Translations under genes and position numbers: made by a program
Origin: a virus
Taxonomy: Duplodnaviria; Caudoviricetes
Virus record (IMG/VR): IMGVR_UViG_2030936005_000025
Span: 192,001 to 256,000 of that record
Length of the DNA: 64,000 nt
Direction: 5' to 3' (one strand)
Part shown: positions 56,301 through 64,000 of the stretch, piece after piece
How the letters are laid out: every line of letters starts with the position of its first letter
Numbering within the stretch: the stretch's first letter is position 1
Notes under the pieces: generated by a model
What the model saw: the letters and a program-made list of their open reading frames with translations, nothing else
Database searches by the model: none
Told to the model about the DNA's origin: nothing

Positions 56301-59300
56301 GGTAATTGGTGCACGTGATCTTGCAGGTAAGATCTTTGGTCCAGACGGTCGTGCTGTTGCACTCAGCGGTTTACGTCGTGTGCGTGACGGTGTGGTCGGT
56401 GCTTATAACCTGGCTGATCCATTAGGTCGTATTCGCTCTGTTATCGATTCCGGTAAAGAACTGGTTTATCAGCAAGACATTTATATCAAAGGACAAAAGG
56501 ACCCTGTACTCCGTGCAGCGAAGTTCAAGTCTGGTGAATACTTCACGCGTGATGAATCAGGTAACTTCAAACCTATTAATGGATGGAATGAAATTGATGG
56601 TCCGGTCTATGATGATCAAGGCAATCAACTGGTTAGCGAAGAGGAATATAAATCCGGTCTGGTCACGGCGACAGGTATGGCTGTACGCAATATGGGCGCT
56701 GGTGCTGCTGGTTTGGTTGGCGGTGCAGCGGGGCTGGTTAAAGGTGGACTTAACTCGGTACTCGGACGCTTTGGATATTCTACAAAGCCTGGTAGTGCTG
56801 CTGGTCCTGTCGGTGGTACAAGCAGTTCAGGTTCTTCTGGGGTTGAACGCCGGTTAGATCTCATTTATAAGATGATGTCCCAGCACTTCGGTATTCCAAT
56901 GGAAGCCACCGGAATGACTGAGGCAATCCGTTCTAAGATGACCGGGGGATCTGAAGGTCCTGGACTCCGTCTTAACTCTTTGGCTTGGAAAAAGAAAGAA
57001 GCCGAGAAGGAAGAAAAGCACAAGGTTAATGAAGCAATTATTGAGATTGCTAAAAATACCAAAGGCATGGGCGGAGAAGATGACGATAAAGGTGAAGGCG
57101 GTGGTTTCTTCAGCAAGATCAAATCCATGTTCCTGGGGCTCGGTGCGTTCGGTGCTAAACTGATCAAGAACCCAATTGGAACGATCGGTAGTCTTGTATT
57201 CGGAAGCCTGGTCAACTCAACCGCTCGCTTAGCCAAAATTGGTTCCGCATTGTTCTCCGGTGTTATGGGGATTTCTTCTCCTATCTTCAAACTGATGAAG
57301 TGGGGCTTTACTAAACTGGCCGGTGGGTTATTGGGTGGAGGTCGTGGGCGTAATGCCGGTGGTCTCGATGTTGAACCTGATCAACGTGGACAGTCAAGTA
57401 AACGCAAGAAGAAAGCAGGTGCCAAACCAAGGCGTCGTGGTGGGGGTAGACTGAAAAGCTTTGCCAAAGGTTCAATGTACTCAGCTCTGGGCGCAATGGC
57501 AATCAATGCTGTTACGGATAATGATCCTGAAGACTTCGAGAATGGAACTGAAGATCTTTCATCCGGTGAACGTGATCCAGTTACGGGTCGTTATGCGACT
57601 ACGTCTGATAAGATCATGGACGCGGTGACGGATTGGTTACCACAAGGCGCACTTGCTAAGAGTGTCGTACAAGGGGTAGCAGGTCCTGAAGGTTATAAGG
57701 ACCTGGACGATAAAGGATTATTCTGGACGTCAGATGGTAGCTTCTTCTGGAGCCGTCAGAAACGTGATGCCGCACAGGCATCACTCGATGGCAAGCCGGT
57801 GATCAACAATGCACCAGGCGTTGATAAAGCGGCTACTAAGATTACCACTCAAAGAAAGATCCGTATGGCGATGTATGGCGTTAAAGATGCGAACAGCAAC
57901 TTAGGCCGTCGAATCATGGCACTGGAAAACCAGTTCTATCCATACGTAGTGATCAAAGATGGTAATGCGTCTCTGAAACCCGAAACGCCAACCTCACAGT
58001 TGATCGAAGCCTTTGCTAACAGTTCGATGGGTACGGGTGTCGATAAGAGTTCAGTGGGTACGTGGTTCATGGCACGCTTTAAACCGGTGTTCATGATCTT
58101 CAATGCATCTATCGCGGTTAACCGTATGGGTGATATCACTGAGTTCGATAACTCGAAGTCTTACGACGTAATCAAAACTGTTGAACAAGCTCAGCGTTCC
58201 ATTGCGGCTTATAACCCGCCTCCGTTCTCTATTGACGTTCGTATCGATGAGAATGAAGCAACCATGGGACCTGAACAAACGCGTGACTTGGTGAGTAACC
58301 TGTTCGCTCAGTTGAAGAAGGAAATGCCTGCTCCTCCGCAGACCACTCCTGAAACACTGACAGCTCAGGCCGAAGCCGATATTAAAGACAAGATTAGTTC
58401 ACCTGATGAGAAAACCAGTAATCAGGTAACTGCTGCCGAACCGGGTATGCAACAGTCTGCTGCAACTGCGTCTGCACAAGCAGTGGATGATATTACCAAG
58501 CCTGCTGATGTCACGAAAATTGATATCTCAGACATGTATACCAAAGACGGTAACATCGATGCCTTTACATTAGCGCGTTTAGCAGTTTACGGTAATGACA
58601 AGAGTGTACCTTGGCGTGTTGAAGCAGTGTTGCGTTTAGAACGTTACGTTGAAAGCTTCATCTTAGTCACAGGTAATGATGCCCGTTTCACAGGCAAGTC
58701 AAACCAGCTCTTGGAATTGTTTAAAGCAAGCTTCCATGTTATCGATCGTAACGTACAGTCGAAGAACAACTGGATGGTGTGGTTCCGTGATCGTTTCTTA
58801 CCAACGCTTATGGAATACTGCAAACAAACCGTTCGGTTACGTGGTGGTATGCCAGCGAAAACCTGGAAGTCTCTTTCTGATACTAACAAGGCCAACATTG
58901 CTCGTAAACTCCTGGGTATGATCGTGACGGTTAACGATCAGCAATCCCCAGTATGGTCGGTGTCTGCTTCTCCATTCCCAGATTCTGAATCAGGTACTTT
59001 CCCAGATCGTGCGGATAAGTATATGAAGATCCTTGACTCCAAAGCTAAAGAAGCGGCGATCAAAGATCCAGATCTGGAGAGATCGAAGAGTGAGGCAACA
59101 ACCAGTACTCCGGGTAGCGCTGCAACGTCGGGTGGTGACCCTGCTCAGACGAAAGCTATCATGGATGCGGTTTATGGGAAAGGTGCAACAGGCTTTGCTT
59201 CTGGCGGTGGTCCAATGAGGGCAGCAACCGGTAGTGGAGCAGCTAACGCGGCAGGCGGATACTATCCAAATGCAACGATGAGCGCACCGGGTGGTCCAGC

Positions 59301-60567
59301 AGGTTCTGCGGGTCAATTCATGGGTAAAGCGGATTCTAACTTTAACCCGGAGTTTATCAAGAAAGCCGGATCTGATAAAGGTATCAAGATGTCGCTGGAA
59401 CAAGGTGATCAGTTAATGCTGAACCATCTCGTGAAAGCAGGTATTCGTGACAACAAAACCTTGGCACTGGCGTTGGCTATGGCGAGAAAGGAAACCGGCG
59501 GTTATCAGTCTACTGTCGAGAATACTAACTGGTCAGCCCCAACCTTGCTGAAGTACTTCAAGAACGTTCCTGATGCAGCAACAGCTCAGAAGGTGGCAGC
59601 CATGTCACCAGTCGAACGTGCGATGTGGGTTTATGGTCGTGCACCAAAAGGTCCACAGCTGGGTAACACCAGACCAGAAGACGGATGGGACTATCGTGGC
59701 CGTGGCTTGTTCCAGTTAACAGGTAAAGCGAACTACGAGGCGTTCAAGAAAGCGTCTGGTATTGATGTTGTCTCTCATCCAGAACTGGTATCTGAAGATC
59801 CAAACGTTATGGCAGAATCTGCCGTGTGGTTCTTGAAGAACAACGCAGCAATGAAGTCGATTGCTAAGACGGGTGACTTCGATACAGCGGTTCGTGGCAT
59901 TAACGGTGGTAACGCTGTTCCTGCTACGGATGAACGCCGTGCGTACTACAATGATTATCTTAACAAACTGCGTAGTGGTGCTTTAACCATTCCAGGTGGT
60001 GCGGATAATGCAGATGGGGCGGGTGCAGGTGATGCCTCAGCGGCTGCAATGAACAATCAGAATCCGGAAGTTCCAGCGGGTGCTGATCAAAACGTTCCAG
60101 CAGACAAGGCAAGTGGAGCTTCAGCCACGAAAGTGGTTAAGCCAGGAGCAACCCAGCAGTTGTTGGATGACGCAGAGAAATCTTCTGCACCATCTAATGC
60201 GGGAACTCCTCCACCAACGACGAATGCATCACCAATCAGTAATCCAACAGTGAATGCTTCCGGACCTGCATCTTCGAATACTTCAGCACCTGTGACAAGC
60301 TCTACTTCTACAGACAGTCCGAATGGTACACCTACCACTCCGGCAACACAAGCTCCTGAGCGTCAACCTGTTAAGTCTGCTGTACAAGCAGCTAATGAGA
60401 AGAAAGCCGCAGAAGCAGCTGCACAACCAGCAACGGTTAACATGCCTGAACATATGTCAGTGCTTGATAAAGCCTCTGCTGAAGTGGGTGCGGCGCAATT
60501 AACTGTGTTGAAAGAGATTCGTGACGTTCTGAAGAACAGTAAAGCTAAGCCAACGGTGAATGTATAA
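53353..60567 (+). CDS. large tail protein / tape-measure-like (phiKZ gp181-like) with C-terminal GH19 muralytic domain
   Basis: 2404 aa; Gly/Ala-rich helical segments; RKETGG, LGNTRPEDGWDYRGRGLFQLTGKANY, INGG; synteny. Confidence 0.85.
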   Translation: MADDYDIDWGDDPFGGDMDFDMDFDMDPFKGKGFVRSFATGFLSGLVDETVGSDAARFRTMRTILPSTFSNALDKAAFMKDRLNELATEFKEENYESAKSLQNIASHLNQKMGEKLPGFVGSGLANFSSKDFSLWEKAETRSDNFNERVDSTTEDDIEGAINTATNSQAGMFASLGETLNGMTVAATSALQSSIGAGNRQLVNIESALRDQLHWQRNVDARIQQAQLNLAARSYVNNAKFYKFMEAGIHAEIRELKKITKYTGMSDYEKTSTLTASKAYMRNRVFSTVGKRMGGLTGLFRDKFSKDNRTEAYGVVGNLLGSISDGLEMAGDGGISRGMLGDIIGKMVAGVAVEQMPAFFTRGPGKKAVDKMMKNYPEQAGYIKEQIDKLTDLGNVISYASTSGTGMLNYMVQNYQAMDEMKYVDYDHYLSELPPGKKPLPKAAWTALNAASNRGKEAINKLMGDTTKTRGTQYQIKRKNVKDLNQPGIWKEINNITLNEVLPGLISKTNQLLEQMRTGKDDVEAVNYNYMRGEFQTDSQRRISVQADLMPHGEFQRYAQASLALVDSVDPDKLLSPSTRKAFAQQVAKDIDSEMGFNPYYYLGDIQGMSPSAQKEVHAVLMRHFGIQTQDVQQFNSSDSFQRMKQMSKMPTKEGRERLNSVSAAAENLKSNFPNVAERIDLLRSTGNEQMLRDLGVIYTDNGIDKINIQAFHDRIGQYMDDPNNPVLRGVSPGSEKRSPTKGGFRNIGNAGPTFNPMEGLNETLQQLNEHLSKRDPVSEQPIPAASTGTVNFDSITGVLTDIKDSNSGIFTSNRNIEALLTSMLDLAKAGKLMTGAPATATEARQEETAKKSFLDKIKGSLPTGMMGKGMDFIMSRNPMVLGGILGAVGAAATSKNFLLSGAIAAAGLGLGAAVDYYRKRNAAGGAETGSAPSDDEDILDEKGEPILKAAKLKAGEYLDAATKRVIKTWNDIRGPIFDVTSRAVIGARDLAGKIFGPDGRAVALSGLRRVRDGVVGAYNLADPLGRIRSVIDSGKELVYQQDIYIKGQKDPVLRAAKFKSGEYFTRDESGNFKPINGWNEIDGPVYDDQGNQLVSEEEYKSGLVTATGMAVRNMGAGAAGLVGGAAGLVKGGLNSVLGRFGYSTKPGSAAGPVGGTSSSGSSGVERRLDLIYKMMSQHFGIPMEATGMTEAIRSKMTGGSEGPGLRLNSLAWKKKEAEKEEKHKVNEAIIEIAKNTKGMGGEDDDKGEGGGFFSKIKSMFLGLGAFGAKLIKNPIGTIGSLVFGSLVNSTARLAKIGSALFSGVMGISSPIFKLMKWGFTKLAGGLLGGGRGRNAGGLDVEPDQRGQSSKRKKKAGAKPRRRGGGRLKSFAKGSMYSALGAMAINAVTDNDPEDFENGTEDLSSGERDPVTGRYATTSDKIMDAVTDWLPQGALAKSVVQGVAGPEGYKDLDDKGLFWTSDGSFFWSRQKRDAAQASLDGKPVINNAPGVDKAATKITTQRKIRMAMYGVKDANSNLGRRIMALENQFYPYVVIKDGNASLKPETPTSQLIEAFANSSMGTGVDKSSVGTWFMARFKPVFMIFNASIAVNRMGDITEFDNSKSYDVIKTVEQAQRSIAAYNPPPFSIDVRIDENEATMGPEQTRDLVSNLFAQLKKEMPAPPQTTPETLTAQAEADIKDKISSPDEKTSNQVTAAEPGMQQSAATASAQAVDDITKPADVTKIDISDMYTKDGNIDAFTLARLAVYGNDKSVPWRVEAVLRLERYVESFILVTGNDARFTGKSNQLLELFKASFHVIDRNVQSKNNWMVWFRDRFLPTLMEYCKQTVRLRGGMPAKTWKSLSDTNKANIARKLLGMIVTVNDQQSPVWSVSASPFPDSESGTFPDRADKYMKILDSKAKEAAIKDPDLERSKSEATTSTPGSAATSGGDPAQTKAIMDAVYGKGATGFASGGGPMRAATGSGAANAAGGYYPNATMSAPGGPAGSAGQFMGKADSNFNPEFIKKAGSDKGIKMSLEQGDQLMLNHLVKAGIRDNKTLALALAMARKETGGYQSTVENTNWSAPTLLKYFKNVPDAATAQKVAAMSPVERAMWVYGRAPKGPQLGNTRPEDGWDYRGRGLFQLTGKANYEAFKKASGIDVVSHPELVSEDPNVMAESAVWFLKNNAAMKSIAKTGDFDTAVRGINGGNAVPATDERRAYYNDYLNKLRSGALTIPGGADNADGAGAGDASAAAMNNQNPEVPAGADQNVPADKASGASATKVVKPGATQQLLDDAEKSSAPSNAGTPPPTTNASPISNPTVNASGPASSNTSAPVTSSTSTDSPNGTPTTPATQAPERQPVKSAVQAANEKKAAEAAAQPATVNMPEHMSVLDKASAEVGAAQLTVLKEIRDVLKNSKAKPTVNV

Positions 60568-60575
60568 TTGATAAC

Positions 60576-60597
60576 TGGGTACCCTTCGGGGTACCCA
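60576..60597 (+). terminator. hairpin between tail genes
   Basis: TGGGTACCC-TTCG-GGGTACCCA; no T-tract, so it may instead be a processing or stability element. Confidence 0.5.
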
Positions 60598-60614
60598 TAT
60601 CGAGGTTTTAATTT

Positions 60615-62828
60615 ATGTCCGTTACCGTCGACTATAAAGACAGGAACATTGTTTCACGTTCATTCCGTTTAATGAGTGAAGGGGTTAAGGATCCAGAGAA
60701 GGCACTGATCCGTTCTGACTATGACCTCTATACCAGTTTCTTCTCCACTGCGATAGGGGACAACAAGTTTGTTAACCCCTTACCGGGTTATAGCCGTAAT
60801 ACCGATCCATATCCAAAGCCCGCAATGGAAAACAAAATGGGTAACATGGGTCGCTATTACAAACGTATCCATCAGGATAACGCCATGATGGCAACCTTTA
60901 CTGCCGGCGTTCCTGAGTTCACCGGGATGATCACTTTCATCCTGAACATGTTTGACTACTCTGCTTCTATTATGGCGAATAAAGGACGTGCTCCGACTTG
61001 GGCGTTCTATATTGGTCAGGCAGCAGGGGCGATTGCATTCTGGCCAGCCCAGATCATCGCGACCTCGTTTAACTTCTTTGAGTTCTTGTCAGGTACCCCG
61101 AAGAACAAGTGGTATTATTGCAAACCTACTATGGGGATGTACTTTACCGCTGCTCAGGGTATCTTCAACGACTTGATGATTGCAGCCGGTTATGCGTTAT
61201 CCGTTTTGCCTTCTGATCGTCAAGAACAGGGTAACACAAAAGCAGGAGATCGTGACTACGGTACCGGCGGTACCAAAGGTTATACTTCTGACACTGCCAT
61301 GGCTAAGAGTAACATCTCTTACATGCACTCTTTGTTCCCCGATGCAATTAACCCAGATGGTACCATCGACATTCTGAAGATCTCTACACGAGGTGTGCGT
61401 AAGTTCCGTCACTTCATGAAGAAGGTCAAAGACTTAGATGACCAATTTGGAATCAGTACGGTTGAGCAGAAAGATACGGCGATTGAGAACATCCTCAATA
61501 ACCTGGTTACAGACAGTGGGTTCGTCAATGCCAACGGCGGTACCACAGCGGGAAGTAATACGCGTGACTATCTCCTAAAGGAATTGAAGACAGTCGGTAA
61601 AGCCCGTGGGATGGATGAGATTAACTATCCTGAAGTGGCTTCTGCTTATACCAGTGCTGATGCTGGTCAGAACGTTAAACCTGTGGGTGCTGAATCACAA
61701 GCAACCGGTGCGGTTGATGGTTCTGCTTATATTGCAGGCTATCAGGATAAGATCAAAGCAACCAACACGGAAGCTTTCGGTTTAGACGGTGGGACCAACA
61801 CCAGTAGTACAACGCAGTCTTCTCCTCAGCTCTCTGGTACTGAACCAACAACCATCAGCAGTGTCTCGGATGTTGATGAGGACTCCTGGTTAGGTCAGAT
61901 TGGTACGCTGTTGATGGACGGGTTCTACGGTGGCTTGGATGGGGTTACGTTCCGTACAGAGGGTGTGGGTTCGGTTAGTGACTCCTTCAGTAACAGTACC
62001 ACCAGTTCTGCGATCGCGTCTACCTTTAACTCTACGGTGACTGCGGTTCAGGACTTTAAGTTCAATATTGGTGGTGGTCAAACGGGTATCGGGATTGTTG
62101 ATGAATTCGTCAACGGGATTAAAGATGCCGTAGCAGGCGTTGCAGCAGGTTCTGTTATTGGTAACGTACCTTTAGCATTGCTCGGTAACTCTAAAGTTGA
62201 GATTCCAGATCACTGGGAAGATTCCAGTACGAACCTTCATAGTGAGTCATTCAGTTTCTACTTTGAAGCGCCTTATGCGCATCCGTATTCCATTGCGACC
62301 AATATCTTCTTACCGCTGTCATTATTGATGCCGTTCATTGTTCCATTCTCCACAGGTGGTTCAACGTACACTGCTCCGTTCCTGGTCAAAGTGTTCAGTC
62401 GTGGTAAATCCATTATCCGTACCGGTATTGTTCAGAACGCCAGTTTTGAATTCGGTAGCGGGCCATTAGGTTGGACCACGGATATGAAACCACGTAACTT
62501 GCGTGTGAACCTGACAGTAACCGATCTGGATAAAGTGATGTCGGTTCCAATCAGCCGTGTAACAAACCCACTGGATCTGTTGAACATCGCAGGTCAGTCT
62601 TCTCGTTACTTAGGAGACGTGGGCAAGTACAACGACTGGGTGAACCGTACGGCTGGTATTGACTACCTTGACACCGTGTTACGTTATAACGACCTTAACC
62701 GTCGTCTGACACGTTTCACGACCGATGCCAAGAACATGTTCAAACCAGCAACCATTGCCGGTGTAGTCAACGACTCCATCGTGGGTGACGTGGCACGTAT
62801 CTTTACAGGTCGTCCATTGAACCGATAA
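60615..62828 (+). CDS. tail/baseplate structural protein (phiKZ gp182-like)
   Basis: 737 aa; follows the gp181-like gene; GAGGT RBS. Confidence 0.65.
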   Translation: MSVTVDYKDRNIVSRSFRLMSEGVKDPEKALIRSDYDLYTSFFSTAIGDNKFVNPLPGYSRNTDPYPKPAMENKMGNMGRYYKRIHQDNAMMATFTAGVPEFTGMITFILNMFDYSASIMANKGRAPTWAFYIGQAAGAIAFWPAQIIATSFNFFEFLSGTPKNKWYYCKPTMGMYFTAAQGIFNDLMIAAGYALSVLPSDRQEQGNTKAGDRDYGTGGTKGYTSDTAMAKSNISYMHSLFPDAINPDGTIDILKISTRGVRKFRHFMKKVKDLDDQFGISTVEQKDTAIENILNNLVTDSGFVNANGGTTAGSNTRDYLLKELKTVGKARGMDEINYPEVASAYTSADAGQNVKPVGAESQATGAVDGSAYIAGYQDKIKATNTEAFGLDGGTNTSSTTQSSPQLSGTEPTTISSVSDVDEDSWLGQIGTLLMDGFYGGLDGVTFRTEGVGSVSDSFSNSTTSSAIASTFNSTVTAVQDFKFNIGGGQTGIGIVDEFVNGIKDAVAGVAAGSVIGNVPLALLGNSKVEIPDHWEDSSTNLHSESFSFYFEAPYAHPYSIATNIFLPLSLLMPFIVPFSTGGSTYTAPFLVKVFSRGKSIIRTGIVQNASFEFGSGPLGWTTDMKPRNLRVNLTVTDLDKVMSVPISRVTNPLDLLNIAGQSSRYLGDVGKYNDWVNRTAGIDYLDTVLRYNDLNRRLTRFTTDAKNMFKPATIAGVVNDSIVGDVARIFTGRPLNR

Positions 62829-62846
62829 AAAAAAATAGATCATATC

Positions 62847-62876
62847 TCCTACTCTACCCAGTTGGGTAGAGTAGGA
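62847..62876. terminator. 13-bp hairpin of the CTACTC family
   Basis: TCCTACTCTACCC-AGTT-GGGTAGAGTAGGA between convergent genes, with an A-run upstream. Confidence 0.75.
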
Positions 62877-62885
62877 TTATGTTTG

Positions 62886-64000
62886 TTATGAGCTTAGTTT
62901 TACAGCAGTGGGGAAGTCAGATAAGAACAGGTCAGTTGCCGATTGTTCTACAAAGATACCGGCAGAGCAGAGTAAAGGAATCAGATCATCTACACCTTCT
63001 AACAACACACGAGCATCAGGAGAAATGCTGTTAACCAGATTCACATTGATTGCTTCACCAAACTGAGTAGGATACTTATACCAACTTTCCCCTTTAAGTG
63101 ACACACAGACTTTCAGCAGGTTTTGTGTCAGGGTTGGATAGTCAGATGGATCTACATCACTGGTAAAGTAGAACGCTGTCAGCAGTTCTTCTACCGTGTT
63201 AGGATAAAGTGCTTCAATCTTCGCTGCACCTTCTGTTCCCACGATATCAATCATGGACACCAGGGAATCCAAATCACCACGATCAGAAGCAACACTGGCA
63301 TTGGTAATCAACGCATCGTGATAGTCGCTCTCATAGACGTACATGTTTTTGAAGTTAGCGTAGCTTCGTGTCAAACTGTTCTGCACGGCCTGATTAAGCA
63401 GGGTGTTCAGTGTCGCATTGATTGCTGCAACGTTGACCACTGAACCGAACCCATCTGGATCATCAGCACCCAGGAAGTTGATCAGTGACGTTCCCATGCT
63501 GTATTTCCAGTCATCAGCAATGTGAAGCTTAACGAACCCACCTGACGTGTCAGCAATGACCAACCCACTGGCAATACCGCCGGTCATGGAATTGAGTTCA
63601 TTAATGAATCCATTACCAATCTGGTTCTTCAAGTCCTGCATGGAACTGATGTTAAACCCAATCCCTTTACCTGCTAAACTTAACAGTTGGTCGGTATTGA
63701 GTTTGAAGCCATCCTGATAGGTTACCAAGCTACCGAGATCGCCCAGGTTATATTTCCCCCCGGTAATGTTCTTCAGTGCGTTGTTAATTCCATCAATAGC
63801 AGATGACTTATATGTGCTTAGGGTTTTACTGATAACCTGCTGGGTTTCACTAACAGTAGCAACACCCGCTTGAATACCAGCGCTGAGTGATTTAAAGGGG
63901 TTAACAACCTGATCAGTTAAGTTAGCCACTGTCGAGTTCATGGACTGACTGGCTTTCTGTAAGTTGTTCTTTATATCAACCGTATCAAAGATACTGGAGT
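62886..64000 (-). CDS. virion structural protein, partial (5' end probably beyond the window)
   Basis: Frame stays open upstream of the Met at 63941 (SSIFDTVDIKNNLQKASQS) to the window edge; synteny suggests a tail protein. Confidence 0.55.
   Translation of the reverse strand, partial: SSIFDTVDIKNNLQKASQSMNSTVANLTDQVVNPFKSLSAGIQAGVATVSETQQVISKTLSTYKSSAIDGINNALKNITGGKYNLGDLGSLVTYQDGFKLNTDQLLSLAGKGIGFNISSMQDLKNQIGNGFINELNSMTGGIASGLVIADTSGGFVKLHIADDWKYSMGTSLINFLGADDPDGFGSVVNVAAINATLNTLLNQAVQNSLTRSYANFKNMYVYESDYHDALITNASVASDRGDLDSLVSMIDIVGTEGAAKIEALYPNTVEELLTAFYFTSDVDPSDYPTLTQNLLKVCVSLKGESWYKYPTQFGEAINVNLVNSISPDARVLLEGVDDLIPLLCSAGIFVEQSATDLFLSDFPTAVKLSS

Noticed and set aside
60000-60480. Low-complexity Pro/Thr/Ser/Ala stretch in the large tail protein as a DNA repeat
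   Set aside because: No nucleotide-level tandem repeat; an ordinary flexible protein linker
17665-63443. Numerous antisense or alternate-frame ORFs nested in core genes (e.g. 19234-19803, 21058-21651, 46011-46556, 56865-57290)
   Set aside because: Shadow ORFs caused by strong codon bias in highly expressed genes; no RBS or protein-like motifs
1-64000. CRISPR arrays, IS elements, integrase, homing endonucleases or inteins
   Set aside because: No repeat-spacer periodicity and no transposase, HNH, GIY-YIG or LAGLIDADG motifs seen; terminase and RNAP subunits are of about the expected length

Overview
This window is a segment of a phiKZ/SPN3US-like (Chimalliviridae-type) jumbo phage genome, probably infecting an enterobacterial host. 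The assignment rests on gene content and synteny read by eye; no database search was run. The conserved core runs: thymidylate kinase, large terminase, three tail/baseplate genes, tail sheath and tube, prohead protease, modular GH19 endolysin, split virion RNA polymerase beta and beta' subunits, and a 2404-aa gp181-like tail protein with a GH19 domain plus two neighbouring tail genes. Blocks of small minus-strand accessory genes interrupt the core; they start at a recurrent [T/G]ATAT[T/C]A[T/C] early-promoter motif and end at a family of CTACTC/GAGTAG hairpins. The most unusual part is the plus-strand island at ~6.9-12.2 kb, which is rich in non-coding structure. It holds a ~530-nt hairpin array, a compact 126-nt nested RNA, and a canonical tRNA-Asn followed by two tandem tRNA-shaped RNAs with expanded anticodon domains. 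It ends in an ~860-nt promoter-driven structured RNA candidate containing a type III hammerhead fold with a GUG (normally non-cleavable) site. The same island encodes a DUF2829/Tad2-like protein, a glutaredoxin and an unannotated 45-aa peptide resembling the free C-terminal CxxC redox tail of ribonucleotide reductase. Other notable items are five tandem divergent exported paralogs and a probably inactive prohead-protease paralog. All RNA structures were paired by hand and need computational and experimental confirmation.
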